Source: Candidatus Latescibacterota bacterium (GTDB taxonomy: Bacteria > Latescibacterota > UBA2968 > UBA8231). From it: DNA of 64,000 nt. Every line of letters begins with the position of its first letter. The first letter of the stretch is position 1. The notes below the pieces were generated by a model. The model was not told the origin of the DNA, searched no databases, and saw only the letters and a list, made by a program, of their open reading frames with translations. Location: NCBI GenBank assembly GCA_965203355.1, contig OZ241889.1, forward strand, positions 3,584,001 to 3,648,000, in the 5' to 3' direction. Position numbers and translations under genes: made by a program. This document shows positions 28,339 through 38,401 of the stretch, in pieces.

Positions 28339-30282
28339 ATGGGCTTGTACGCGACAATTTCTCGCTTGGCGACCCTGTACACAACCGCTGTGGTCCTCGC
28401 GCCACAACCAGCCGTTGCGGAAGTCCGCCAGTGGGTAGTGGGCGGAGACGAAGGAGCCGCTTGGCGGGAACGCGAGTTGCTTTCCACCGCGATGAGCTTC
28501 GGCGTACCGGGCACCATTCAACTCGTGGCCTTTACCTCTAAGGACAACGTCATTCCGAGCCTGACTTGGGTCGATGGATTTCCCAGCGGCTACGTCGAGG
28601 AACGCGCCCAAGCCCTGATCTGGGACAACGTGGCGGTCGTGCGCCCCCTGTTGGAAATTGTCGATGGCATTGATACGACCTCCACCAACCTCGCGTTTAA
28701 GCGCTTTGGCATCGCCCAAGACGGCACCAAGTTTTTCTTCGATTTGGGGACCCGCTTCCCGGCCAATCGGATTGCGTTTTTTCCGCGCTTGGCGGGCATC
28801 AGTTCAGAAGGGCGCCCCTTTAGCGAAGACTACATCCGCGGCTACGTACTCAAGATCAACGATGGCACCAGTTTCAACGAGCGGGACGAGCCGATCTACA
28901 CCCCCATCAAGCGCGTTGACTTTACCCGTCAGAACGCGGCCCAGATCGACTTCCCCCTGCAATTTGTCCGCTATATAGAATTAGAAGTAACCTCGGCCAA
29001 TCCGTTTGAACTGGCCGAATTCCAGCTCTTTGGCACGGGCTTCGCGCCAGCCGGATCCTATCGGTCAAAAGTCATTGACCTCGGAGCGTCCGCTAATTTC
29101 AGCCGCGTGGAATGGACGCTAGAAAAGCTGCGTCAAAGCGGCGACGAGCTAGTCGTCGAGCCAGCCGCCGATGCCGATTTGACGGTGGTGATGCGCACCG
29201 GCCTAGACGACAATCCCCGGGTCTATTACGAGTACACCGACCTCTTTACCCGCGAGCGACAGGTCGTCCCTGAAGACGAGTACCAGGCCCTCGACGAAAG
29301 TGTGCGCGGCCCGGTTGACGACGACCAAGTCAACTGGAGCCTGTGGTCGTCCCCTTTCACCGAGTCCGGCCAGCCCATCCAGCTACCCAGCCCAAGGCGC
29401 TATTTCCAGTTTGAGGTGCGAATCGAAAGCGGCGCGATCCTCGACGGCCTACGGCTCACATCGCTGAGCGTCGAGCACACGATCCCGCCGGTGGCTCAAG
29501 TCTTGGTGGCCGAGATTTCCCAGCTAGCCGTCCCCCGTCCCCCCGGCGATGTGCCCATTGTAACCGCCGGGGACTTTACGACGTTTGCCTACGATGTCGT
29601 AGCCCAAGTCGAGGAGGCGGACACCGGCTTTGACGCCCTGCGCATCCTCACCCCCCAATCAACGCCCGTGTTTCGGCAATTCTTCACTGGAGAAGACGGG
29701 ATCGCGGTCACGCCCGACAGCGTGCAAGCGGAACTAGGCCGTCTGACCATCTTCTTTCCCTCGCAGCGACCAGCGCTCGGCATTCACCGCATGCGCGCCG
29801 TATTCGACGCGCAGATTTTCATTCAAGGCACCTCGGTCGAAGCGGAGGTATTCGACGCGCAGGCCGAGGACAGCGTGCCGCAGCGAGTGCAACCCGGCGA
29901 CGCCAACCCAGCCGTGTTGACTAATGCTCTGCGGGTGCTGACGACGGCCGCTTCGGCCAGCCAGTTGGTATCCTCCTTGGCGGTGAGCAGCCCAGTCTTC
30001 ACGCCCAACGGAGACGGGATCAACGACCAAGTAGAACTGATCTACAGCCTGTTGCAGCTAGTAAAGCCGGTTGCAGTAACCGTTGAAATTTTCGATTTGG
30101 CCGGGCGCCCACGGCGAACCGTTCTCAAAGCTGAAAGCACTAGCGGTGCCTATGCAGTGGCTTGGGACGGGCGCGACGATCGCGGACAGGTAGTTCCGCC
30201 GGGCCTGTACCTCGCCGTGGTCCAAGTCCACGCTGAGCGCGAGACGCTCGTGCGCGCTAGCAGCATGGGTGTGGCGTATTGA
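28339..30282 (+). CDS. Secreted TPNGDG/FlgD-Ig protein, VAY-family paralog 4
   Basis: WSLWS...PSPRRYFQ, FTPNGDGIND, WDGRD...PGLY, ends MGVAY*. Confidence 0.8.
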   Translation: MGLYATISRLATLYTTAVVLAPQPAVAEVRQWVVGGDEGAAWRERELLSTAMSFGVPGTIQLVAFTSKDNVIPSLTWVDGFPSGYVEERAQALIWDNVAVVRPLLEIVDGIDTTSTNLAFKRFGIAQDGTKFFFDLGTRFPANRIAFFPRLAGISSEGRPFSEDYIRGYVLKINDGTSFNERDEPIYTPIKRVDFTRQNAAQIDFPLQFVRYIELEVTSANPFELAEFQLFGTGFAPAGSYRSKVIDLGASANFSRVEWTLEKLRQSGDELVVEPAADADLTVVMRTGLDDNPRVYYEYTDLFTRERQVVPEDEYQALDESVRGPVDDDQVNWSLWSSPFTESGQPIQLPSPRRYFQFEVRIESGAILDGLRLTSLSVEHTIPPVAQVLVAEISQLAVPRPPGDVPIVTAGDFTTFAYDVVAQVEEADTGFDALRILTPQSTPVFRQFFTGEDGIAVTPDSVQAELGRLTIFFPSQRPALGIHRMRAVFDAQIFIQGTSVEAEVFDAQAEDSVPQRVQPGDANPAVLTNALRVLTTAASASQLVSSLAVSSPVFTPNGDGINDQVELIYSLLQLVKPVAVTVEIFDLAGRPRRTVLKAESTSGAYAVAWDGRDDRGQVVPPGLYLAVVQVHAERETLVRASSMGVAY

Positions 30283-30298
30283 GCAAGGAGCGGTAGCT

Positions 30299-32590
30299 AT
30301 GAACCGACTATGGCTTTGTTTGTCGACGCTGGTTTTGCCAGCGAGTCTTGCCCATTCTCAAGAGGTTTTTGTCATAAACACCAAGGCGCAGTGGGAGACG
30401 TGGACCTACCCGGGCGGGGCTGTTGACTTGCGGGAGGATGGCTCGATCCGGCCGGTCAAGTTCGAGCAACCCTTTAACGCCGCGCCGAGTTCCCCTCTAT
30501 TCACGCATGAGCTAAAGAAGGTCAAAGAGCAGCGCGGCGGGGTGTGGAAGGCCGGCTCCAACGCGGCTGATGCCCCCCTGATCATTGACGACGACACCAC
30601 CACCTACTGGAAACCCCACCAAGACGACCCACTCGACACTTGGTGGCTCGAAATCGACTTGGGCCGGATGGTAGCCGTCAAGGAAGTTCGCCTGCACTTC
30701 CCCGACGAGGAAGGCGCCCGCCCGCTGCGCGCACTCCGGGTCTTTGGCTCTGACGGCAAATTCCAATCGATCACCGACGACGTCTTTCTCTTCAACCTCA
30801 TCGGCGGCACGACCAAGCGCAACGAAGAGACCCTCTTGTCGTATCCAGTATCCTTTGGCGAGGCGACCAAAAGGGTGCTGAGCTTTGGCCAACCCGCCGT
30901 CGACGACGTCTCCACGGCCTTCGCACCGACCCAATACATCCGCATCATCGCCGACGTCAAGAGCGAGGACGCAGCCCTCGCCGAGGTCGAGGTCATCGCG
31001 TTTGGACAGAACATCGCCCAAGGGACCGTGGCGCGCGGTGGGATCATCGACGATCAGGGCAAGGAGCGCGCCCCCGCCATGATCGACGGCAATGTCAATA
31101 CCTTTTGGGAGGAACTCAACTGGAGTGAGACCGGCCAGTTTATCGCCCAGTGGCGCTGGGATTTGGGCGCTGTCTTTTGGATCAACCGCGTCATCTTCGT
31201 AGCGTTTCAGGAGACCACCACTTGGGGGCGGCCGCGCATCTTGCGCCACCGGCTGCTCGGATCGGCTGGCGCGCTCAAGCCCTCGGGCGATATCGATTTC
31301 GACATCCTCTTTGACTTCCCCGCGCCAAGCGATTGGAACAATCCCGAGCCAATCACCTATCTCATGCACCCGTACCGCCCCTTGCGCCACCTCGAAATGA
31401 TCTTCGGCGGCAGCAGCAGCGGCGCGATGGCCGAAGCCGTTGTCGTCCCCACCGGCTATGTCGCCGAAGTGGAATTGCGCTCGGATTTCCTCAAGATAGA
31501 CGACCGCCCCAAGGTTTTCCGCACCCTCGAATGGGACGCCGATTTACCTTCGGGAACGCAAATTTTGGCGCAGACGCGCTCGGGGAGCGGCCTCGACGAG
31601 GGCAATACGTACTACCACCGCAAAGGCCACGAAGTGACCGAAGACGAATACAACGCCTTAAAGAAAAGGTGGAAGGGCGATATCGTGCCCTACATTCGGC
31701 CAAGCGAGGATTGGAGCGGCTGGAGTAATACGTACCTGTTTTCCGGCCAAGCGTTTCTCTCGCCCAGCCCAAGGCGCTACGTGCAGTTTAGGGTGCTGCT
31801 CAAATCGGCCAGCCCTGACGTGGCCCCCACCCTAAGCGGGCTGCGGCTCAACTACGAGGACTCGTTTCTCAACGGGGCACTCGGCCAAGTCGCCCCCAAC
31901 GAGGCCCGAGTGGGCCAGCCGGAAAACTTTACGTACGCCTTGCGGCCGGACTTCAAATCGGGCGACAAGGGCTTTAACCGCCTGCGGCTAAACACGCCGT
32001 CGCAAGCCGCCACCGAGAGCGTGGTCATTCGCGTCGCCGGTGCCGAGGTTGAGCCGGTCTCCCTAAAGCTGTTGCCCGACTCGCTAGTAGCGGAACTGCC
32101 GCAAGTCGTCCGGCGACAAGAGGTCGAAATCGACCTACGAGTCAACGTATTCGCCAGTCCCTATCTCTTTTCGGCCTTTGTCGGCCACACCGACGAGCTG
32201 GAATTCTGGCAGCAGGTCGATCCGGCCGGGCGGGCGGCCACCACGGTATTTCTACCTGAAGTGCCCGCGTCCGCGCGCCTGCTCGACAAAGTCGCTATTT
32301 CGCCTAAGGTCCTCACGCCCAACGGCGACGGAATCGGCGACCACGCCTATATTCGCTTTGCGGTGTTAAAGACAGACGCCCCGATAGCCGTCGATATTTA
32401 CGCGCTCGACGGGCGGCTGGTCGGCGCGTTGGCTGGCGGCCGCCGTAGCGACGGCTACCTCGTCTATGCGTGGAATGGCGCAGACGCCGAGGGCCGGCGC
32501 GTACCCCCGGGAATATACGTGTGCCGCATCCAAATCAGCGCCCAAGCCGCAGTCCAAAACTCGGCGCAAATCATCCATGTAGCGTACTAG
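30299..32590 (+). CDS. Secreted TPNGDG/FlgD-Ig protein with discoidin-like domains, VAY-family paralog 5 (closest to paralog 1)
   Basis: AAGGAG RBS, WWLEIDLG, WSGWS...SPSPRRYVQ, LTPNGDGIGD, ends IHVAY*. Confidence 0.8.
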   Translation: MNRLWLCLSTLVLPASLAHSQEVFVINTKAQWETWTYPGGAVDLREDGSIRPVKFEQPFNAAPSSPLFTHELKKVKEQRGGVWKAGSNAADAPLIIDDDTTTYWKPHQDDPLDTWWLEIDLGRMVAVKEVRLHFPDEEGARPLRALRVFGSDGKFQSITDDVFLFNLIGGTTKRNEETLLSYPVSFGEATKRVLSFGQPAVDDVSTAFAPTQYIRIIADVKSEDAALAEVEVIAFGQNIAQGTVARGGIIDDQGKERAPAMIDGNVNTFWEELNWSETGQFIAQWRWDLGAVFWINRVIFVAFQETTTWGRPRILRHRLLGSAGALKPSGDIDFDILFDFPAPSDWNNPEPITYLMHPYRPLRHLEMIFGGSSSGAMAEAVVVPTGYVAEVELRSDFLKIDDRPKVFRTLEWDADLPSGTQILAQTRSGSGLDEGNTYYHRKGHEVTEDEYNALKKRWKGDIVPYIRPSEDWSGWSNTYLFSGQAFLSPSPRRYVQFRVLLKSASPDVAPTLSGLRLNYEDSFLNGALGQVAPNEARVGQPENFTYALRPDFKSGDKGFNRLRLNTPSQAATESVVIRVAGAEVEPVSLKLLPDSLVAELPQVVRRQEVEIDLRVNVFASPYLFSAFVGHTDELEFWQQVDPAGRAATTVFLPEVPASARLLDKVAISPKVLTPNGDGIGDHAYIRFAVLKTDAPIAVDIYALDGRLVGALAGGRRSDGYLVYAWNGADAEGRRVPPGIYVCRIQISAQAAVQNSAQIIHVAY

Positions 32591-32648
32591 CAAAATGGCA
32601 GCTAGCTCCTAGCGCATTCGCCAAAGCCTCTTGAGGGAGGGGTATCTC

Positions 32649-35282
32649 ATGTATTTGTCTCGCATCCGATCGGTATTGTGTACAGCGCTTGCGTTGTTGG
32701 CGCTAGACTGGAGTAACGCTCCGGCTCAGTTGACTACGGGCTATCGACCCATAGCCGAGCCGGGAATTTACGGGGTGCGAATCCATCCCGGTGCCCTAGC
32801 ACCCAACCGCCGCAAATTCTACCTACCGCAAAACCTTTTCTACGAATACGGCTGGCGGGGCTGGGAGTACAGCAACTACGCCCGCGATGAGTACGAGCGC
32901 TACGTCGATATACAGCTAGAGGGCAACCGCCATTACGATGCCTTCGGCAACTACATCGCCCGCGGCTGGACGATCTACGACTGGACCGAGAACAACCCCC
33001 TGCGCCAAGGCAGCGGCATCTTCAAAAGCCCGCGCTACAGCAGTTGGTTCGACCGCGTGGTGATCTCGTCTGCCCACAAGGGCCAGTTCCACACCGCGCT
33101 GACCGTAGGCGACGCCATTCGCACCACCCTGACCCCACTGACCTTCTCCAAGCCGACCTTCAACGGCATCCAGTGGGACTTCCTATCCGATAAGTACGCG
33201 TTCACGTTTCTCGGCTCGCGCATTAGCTCGCCGGCCAATCCGGCCGCAACCCAGTCCGAAGCCCCCGCCCTCGTGGAAAACTCCACCCGCCTGCTCGGCG
33301 GCCGGGGCGTGGCCCAAGTGGGCGACTTCGCCAAGGTAGGGGCGACATGGGTCAGTGCCCATAACGCGCGGAGCACCCTCGGCATGGGGGACAATTCGCT
33401 CAAGGGCGTCTTGACCACGCCGCAGAACACGGGCAGCGTCGAGACCGTGACGATCCTCATCTCAGACGATTCGCCCGAGTCGAGCGACAACGGCGCACTC
33501 CTGTTTTTCGATCGAGTGCTGATCGACGGCGAGATTCACCCGGAAATCACCCCGATTGTCCGCGGCGGGATCCGCGTCGGCGGCAGTTTAGAGGCGAGGG
33601 GGGTGGACAGCATCGAACTGATCTACGACATCCGCAACAGCTTCCGGCCCACTGAAAAGGTGCCGACCTATCAAGAGGCGAGCAAAATCGAGTTTGAGTT
33701 GATCTTGGCCAACGATTACCGAGTGGCCGTCACGTCCAACGTGCAGACCGATCGCTTGGGCGACCCGGTTTTTTTGCCCGTGGCCCAAGCCGAAGGCGAA
33801 ATATCCGACGGGTCGAACCAACAGTTTTTGCGCTTTGAGTACGGGTTGCCCACCGGCAGCGATGTAATCGGGGTAGACTTCGAGATTCTGAGCCTCGGCG
33901 GGCTAGACCTGCGCGCCGAGTTCGTCCGCAACCGACGCTTCCGGCGCTTCCCCAACCAAAACCTAGCGCAACACACCCTCGCCGAAGACAAAGGAGAGGC
34001 CGGTTATATCACCGCGTCTTATACCTCTTATCCGTGGTTTGCCTACGGCGAGATGTTCACCATGGACCCCGATTACAGCACGACCGCGTTCATGGCCAAC
34101 TCGCTGGGCGGCATTGATTACAGCAGCGAGATTTTTCACCTCTTCGAATTCGTCGATGACAACGACGACCAAGACCGCTTTGCCGACTGGCAACGGGCCG
34201 GTCAATTCGGCAGCGGGGTGGGTGCTTCAGGCGGCTCAGTGGGTTCCGATTTAGAAGTATTCCCCGGGCTAGACGAGAACAACGACTTCGTCTCCGACTT
34301 CAATCAAAACCGCAACTCGCGGCCAGACTACGACGAGCCTTTCCTGCGCTACGCGGTCGATCCGCCGGCTTTCCTGTTCGGCATGGACATGAACAACAAC
34401 ACCCTGATCGACCGCTTTGAAGACGACCGTCAGCCCGACTATCCCTACGACCGCGATCACCGGGGCTACAATGCCTACGGCGGCCTGATGCTCAACGAGG
34501 ATGCACAGCTAACCTTGGGCCGCTTGAGCGAACGCCAGCTAAGCTCAGCGCGTCAGAGCAAGGCCAACTACGGTTTGTTCACCGTGCGCTGGAACTTCCC
34601 GGGCCTGCAGATCGCGCTCTTTGAGCACGCGAAACTCGTGTCGGACAACATCCCGGAAGACCGTCTGCGTTGGCTAGACCCAACGGGCCGGACGGACTTT
34701 ACCGATCCGCTCGACAACCAAAACACTTTCGTCAACAGCATGTACTTGCAGGCAAACTACAACCGCATCCGCAACTTCAGCGCAACCGCCAAGGTCAAAC
34801 ACGAGATTTTCAACCAGCGCGGTGAGCAGACCGACAAGCGCGACCGTTCGTTTTTCGGGCTGATTACCAAAGCCGACTACATCATTCCCATCGGCGCGGA
34901 CCTGACCATCTGGCCCAAGTGGAAGAGTACCTTCAGACGCGAGACGCCCACCGATCCAGCGCAGGCCAATATCCGCGAGCTAGAGGAAACCCTGTTCTTG
35001 ATTGCACGCTATGCGATCCTCGAACAGACTTGGATCGCGCTCGGTCTAGAGTTCAGTTGGTTTGAGAACTTACGCGACCGGCCGGCCGAGCTACAAGTCG
35101 GTTATATCGAGGACTTTACCAGCCGCGTCTATTCGATTCTGTTCTCAAATACTTCGGCCTATTTGGGCTACCAACTGACCTTAAATGCGGGCCTTCAGCT
35201 AGAGGAGCAAAACTTCGAGGCTGAACAGCGCAACACCTCGCTCGGCTTCATTCGCATCTTTGCCAGCACTGGGCAGGAGTAA
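32649..35282 (+). CDS. Large secreted protein, putative outer-membrane beta-barrel (paralog of 3087..5702)
   Basis: GGGAGG RBS. Shares IRTTLTPLTFS..FNG.QWDF.SDKY and DDNDDQD...FPGLDENND...PDY.EPFL with the paralog. Confidence 0.7.
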   Translation: MYLSRIRSVLCTALALLALDWSNAPAQLTTGYRPIAEPGIYGVRIHPGALAPNRRKFYLPQNLFYEYGWRGWEYSNYARDEYERYVDIQLEGNRHYDAFGNYIARGWTIYDWTENNPLRQGSGIFKSPRYSSWFDRVVISSAHKGQFHTALTVGDAIRTTLTPLTFSKPTFNGIQWDFLSDKYAFTFLGSRISSPANPAATQSEAPALVENSTRLLGGRGVAQVGDFAKVGATWVSAHNARSTLGMGDNSLKGVLTTPQNTGSVETVTILISDDSPESSDNGALLFFDRVLIDGEIHPEITPIVRGGIRVGGSLEARGVDSIELIYDIRNSFRPTEKVPTYQEASKIEFELILANDYRVAVTSNVQTDRLGDPVFLPVAQAEGEISDGSNQQFLRFEYGLPTGSDVIGVDFEILSLGGLDLRAEFVRNRRFRRFPNQNLAQHTLAEDKGEAGYITASYTSYPWFAYGEMFTMDPDYSTTAFMANSLGGIDYSSEIFHLFEFVDDNDDQDRFADWQRAGQFGSGVGASGGSVGSDLEVFPGLDENNDFVSDFNQNRNSRPDYDEPFLRYAVDPPAFLFGMDMNNNTLIDRFEDDRQPDYPYDRDHRGYNAYGGLMLNEDAQLTLGRLSERQLSSARQSKANYGLFTVRWNFPGLQIALFEHAKLVSDNIPEDRLRWLDPTGRTDFTDPLDNQNTFVNSMYLQANYNRIRNFSATAKVKHEIFNQRGEQTDKRDRSFFGLITKADYIIPIGADLTIWPKWKSTFRRETPTDPAQANIRELEETLFLIARYAILEQTWIALGLEFSWFENLRDRPAELQVGYIEDFTSRVYSILFSNTSAYLGYQLTLNAGLQLEEQNFEAEQRNTSLGFIRIFASTGQE

Positions 35283-35609
35283 GCGGAAATCCATTGAGAC
35301 CGTCGATACACATTCTCCTTTGGACGCTGACGGCCCTAAACTGCGGACTCTTGCTTTCCCGCTCCAATCCTTGTAATTATCAACCGGGTGCCGTCATGTA
35401 CAGAAACCACTATCGCATTGATCTTAAAAGACGGCTGTAATTTTATCGTCGAGCCGTCTTCATTCATTCAAATCTGACCATTTCTTATTCCCCTCTCCGG
35501 GGCACAGCCAAACCAAAACTCACAGAAAGGAGGTTATAACCTAAAGGAATTAGTAGCCTACGTCGGGATGAGTATTCCGATTAACTTCAAAACCAAAGGA
35601 GCACTTACA

Positions 35610-36209
35610 GTGGATACGCTGCAGCTAGTCCTGTCCATTGGCGTCGTAATGATAGGCATATGGTTTGTCTATGATTTACGACGCGAGATGAAGGATATAG
35701 GACTGATTCGGTCCTTCCACGTTTTCCCTGAGATGGGAAACAACGACCAATCCGCCATCGCTCGTGTAGTAGAATTACTTAGGGAGGCGGACAGCAAACT
35801 CGAAGTATTCGATGACGGCGACTCATTCCCTGCGTCAACGTACAACGACCAATCATTTCTCAAGGCCGTGAAGGAAAAACTTCAAAACAACCCCAATTTT
35901 CGGATTCGATGCTTCTTTAATTGCGATGACTCTGATTTGGAATTTACCAAGATGTTCAGGGATGATCCACAAGTAGAGATTTATGTTCGGAAAGACGGAT
36001 CAAGGCCACCGGACAGGCACTACAAAATCATTGATGAAGGAAAAAAAGCCTATCTGTCGAAGCACAGCTTAGGGCACCATGTACGAAGGTACAAAGAAAT
36101 TACTCGTGCTGAATTGTCCCTAAGCCAAGAAGCCCGCGCATCCGAACTCCTTTTCGGAGACCTTCGTCAGCAAGTCGAAAGATTTAGAAGAATTGGAGAG
36201 CATAGTTAA
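35610..36209 (+). CDS. Membrane-anchored protein with PLD-superfamily-like domain (AT-richer insert)
   Basis: AAGGAG RBS before GTG 35610 (alternative ATG 35568), N-terminal TM, HYKIIDEG motif. Confidence 0.5.
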   Translation: MDTLQLVLSIGVVMIGIWFVYDLRREMKDIGLIRSFHVFPEMGNNDQSAIARVVELLREADSKLEVFDDGDSFPASTYNDQSFLKAVKEKLQNNPNFRIRCFFNCDDSDLEFTKMFRDDPQVEIYVRKDGSRPPDRHYKIIDEGKKAYLSKHSLGHHVRRYKEITRAELSLSQEARASELLFGDLRQQVERFRRIGEHS

Positions 36210-36520
36210 TGCAGTCTATGTACCCAGAGTTTCCACCGCCCCAGCTTTATATCCTACTGGCTATCTCAACTACACTGCTTGGGATCGCGGTGTCGTATCT
36301 GTCAAGTTCCAAACAAAACCTTAAAGGAACTGATATACTCTTTCTTTTAGCTTGGTTGCATGTAACCATAAGTGTCATGGACGTGGCCTTCCGTGAGGGA
36401 GGCGAAGGGTTGTGGGGCTATGTGATTCCTCATCTGCTCATCTTGGTATCTTTCATTTATAGCCTTACGCGAATAGTTCGCATGGCGAAGGGACGAGCTA
36501 AAGAAGACGCCCTCTCGTAA
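36209..36520 (+). CDS. Small 3-TM membrane protein (AT-richer insert)
   Basis: TAATG coupling to the upstream gene, three hydrophobic segments. Confidence 0.6.
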   Translation: MQSMYPEFPPPQLYILLAISTTLLGIAVSYLSSSKQNLKGTDILFLLAWLHVTISVMDVAFREGGEGLWGYVIPHLLILVSFIYSLTRIVRMAKGRAKEDALS

Positions 36521-36624
36521 CTCAAAAAAGATTGAACTTGCTACGCACTCCCAAAAGACGTAATATAGGCGTCTTAAAGGATGAATCGTTGCTAGCCTTA
36601 TCACTAATCCCACGGAGGGAACGC

Positions 36625-37551
36625 ATGAAAAAACTCCTTTTTCTTTGTTTCGTTTGCGCCGCAGCATTCGCCTTAGCCAGCCCGGCTAAGGCACACGTCG
36701 GTGCTGAGTATTTCATCCCAGGCGTACCCAATCCCAGTGCCATGACCATCGACGGCCTCGAAGACGATTGGGGCTGGCTAGATGAGGAATTTATCCTCAC
36801 CACCGAGGGCATGTTCACTGCTGGAGGCGAAACCATTGCCAAGGAAGACTACGACGTCAGCATTCTGATGGCGTGGAGTACGCCGCCGGACAATCGTTTC
36901 TACTTCTTCATCCGCGTTCAAGACGACACCCTGCGTCTGATCGAAGAAGACCAAAAGCGCTGGTGGAACGACGATTGCATCCAGATCACATTCGACCCAG
37001 ACCATTCGGGTGGCGACTTCTTGGGGGAAAACGTCGATCAGGTCCTCAACGCCCAGCGCTATCACCTGCGCGTCAAGCCGCTGCCGGGCCAGCCTGTGGC
37101 CTTCAACAGCCTGCTCGAGTACATCGACTTGCCGTCGATCGGCTGGAGTTCGGACATGTTTGAGGGCGAGCCTACGGGCGACATCTTCGAGATCGCCTAC
37201 ACGGTCAATCCGCCGGATGCCGAGCATTTCTCGACCAACGTCTCGTACACCTTTGAGTTCCGCAACGCCTTTTGGGACATCCACGGTGTAACCCAAGACG
37301 AGGCGGTTCGGCACATGTTTGCCGCCGACCAAGTAACCCACATCGGCGTACGTCCGCTCGATGGCGACGGCGGTGAGACCGGGGCCAAGCACCAACTCTA
37401 TCCGCTGGGCGGCTCCACGGGTCAGGACCAGAAGGGCGATCAGATGCTCGACTACATCCTGCTGGAAGCCGACGAACCCGAGGAAATTACAGCCGTCGAA
37501 GCCACGAGTTGGGGTCGAGTCAAGAGCCATTTGAACAGACAGCTCGACTAA
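36625..37551 (+). CDS. Secreted CBM9/DOMON-like protein with C-terminal TAVEATSWGRVK motif
   Basis: GGAGG RBS, signal peptide, IDGLEDDW, AWS...FYFFIRVQDD, WNDDCIQITFDPDHSGG. Confidence 0.65.
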   Translation: MKKLLFLCFVCAAAFALASPAKAHVGAEYFIPGVPNPSAMTIDGLEDDWGWLDEEFILTTEGMFTAGGETIAKEDYDVSILMAWSTPPDNRFYFFIRVQDDTLRLIEEDQKRWWNDDCIQITFDPDHSGGDFLGENVDQVLNAQRYHLRVKPLPGQPVAFNSLLEYIDLPSIGWSSDMFEGEPTGDIFEIAYTVNPPDAEHFSTNVSYTFEFRNAFWDIHGVTQDEAVRHMFAADQVTHIGVRPLDGDGGETGAKHQLYPLGGSTGQDQKGDQMLDYILLEADEPEEITAVEATSWGRVKSHLNRQLD

Positions 37552-37584
37552 GCAAGGCTGAATGGCATCAGCTATCTGGCCAAG

Positions 37585-37610
37585 CGAGGAGGGGCGGTTG
37601 CCCCTCCTCG
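37585..37610 (+). terminator. Intergenic hairpin (partial terminator or mRNA stabiliser)
   Basis: Perfect 11-bp stem CGAGGAGGGGC-GGTT-GCCCCTCCTCG followed by TCTTGTATT. Confidence 0.55.
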
Positions 37611-37644
37611 TCTTGTATTAGCCAACAAAGAAGCGAGGATAGCT

Positions 37645-38400
37645 ATGAAGACATTGGGTAGCGTACTCCTATTGCTAATCGCGCTCGCCGGATGCGGCTT
37701 GAAGTTTGGCTATCGGCACTTTTCCGGTCCGGTGGTACCCGCGGCAATCGCGGACGACAACTACTTGATCGGCGACGATCACAGCATCACTTTCGTCAAA
37801 GATCGCCTAGAAGTAGCGATGCTACCCATGTCGGCCGAGGCCCTGAACCGGCAATTCGCCGGCGTCTCAGCAGCCCCAGCCGGTTTTACCCTACCCAATC
37901 CCTACGCCGTGGCGACCAACCCCTACACCTATGGCGACTGGACGCCACCCGGCGAAGAGCAGGCGCCGACGCGGTTTACCGTTTTTTTAGTCAAGGTCAA
38001 AAACTACGCCTATCCCAAAGTCCGCCTAAATCCAGCCAACATCGAATTGATCGCCCCTAACGGGCGGCGATATAAGGCACTCACTCTTCTCGCCCTGACC
38101 GAGTACTATTGGCCTTACGCCCAGGCCTACGGCGGCAATGCGCGCAAGGGCTTTAAGGCGCGGCGCGACCTCTTGCAGCGCACTCTATTTGCCGACGACA
38201 TGATCTTCAGCGGCCAAGAGCAAGAAGGGTATTTGGTCTTTCCCCCGCTCGACCGCGACATCGAGGAATTTACGCTGTGGGTGCGCGAAATGGCCCTGAG
38301 ATTCGACTTCCGCGACGCGCCGGTGGAGACTGTCGATATCCCCTATGATTTCCAGCGCGAAGTGTACTACGCCCGCGCCCCACGCAAAAACGAGAGCTAA
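37645..38400 (+). CDS. Conserved lipoprotein (paralog of 7021..7785)
   Basis: Lipobox LAGC, NPYTYGDW, VKNYAYPKV, FSGQEQEGYLVFP. Confidence 0.75.
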   Translation: MKTLGSVLLLLIALAGCGLKFGYRHFSGPVVPAAIADDNYLIGDDHSITFVKDRLEVAMLPMSAEALNRQFAGVSAAPAGFTLPNPYAVATNPYTYGDWTPPGEEQAPTRFTVFLVKVKNYAYPKVRLNPANIELIAPNGRRYKALTLLALTEYYWPYAQAYGGNARKGFKARRDLLQRTLFADDMIFSGQEQEGYLVFPPLDRDIEEFTLWVREMALRFDFRDAPVETVDIPYDFQREVYYARAPRKNES

Positions 38401-38401
38401 G

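Noticed and set aside
1-32590. Flagellar hook-cap (flgD) genes
   Set aside because: Only the C-terminal Ig-like sorting domain resembles FlgD; the proteins have Sec signal peptides and there are no flagellar genes.
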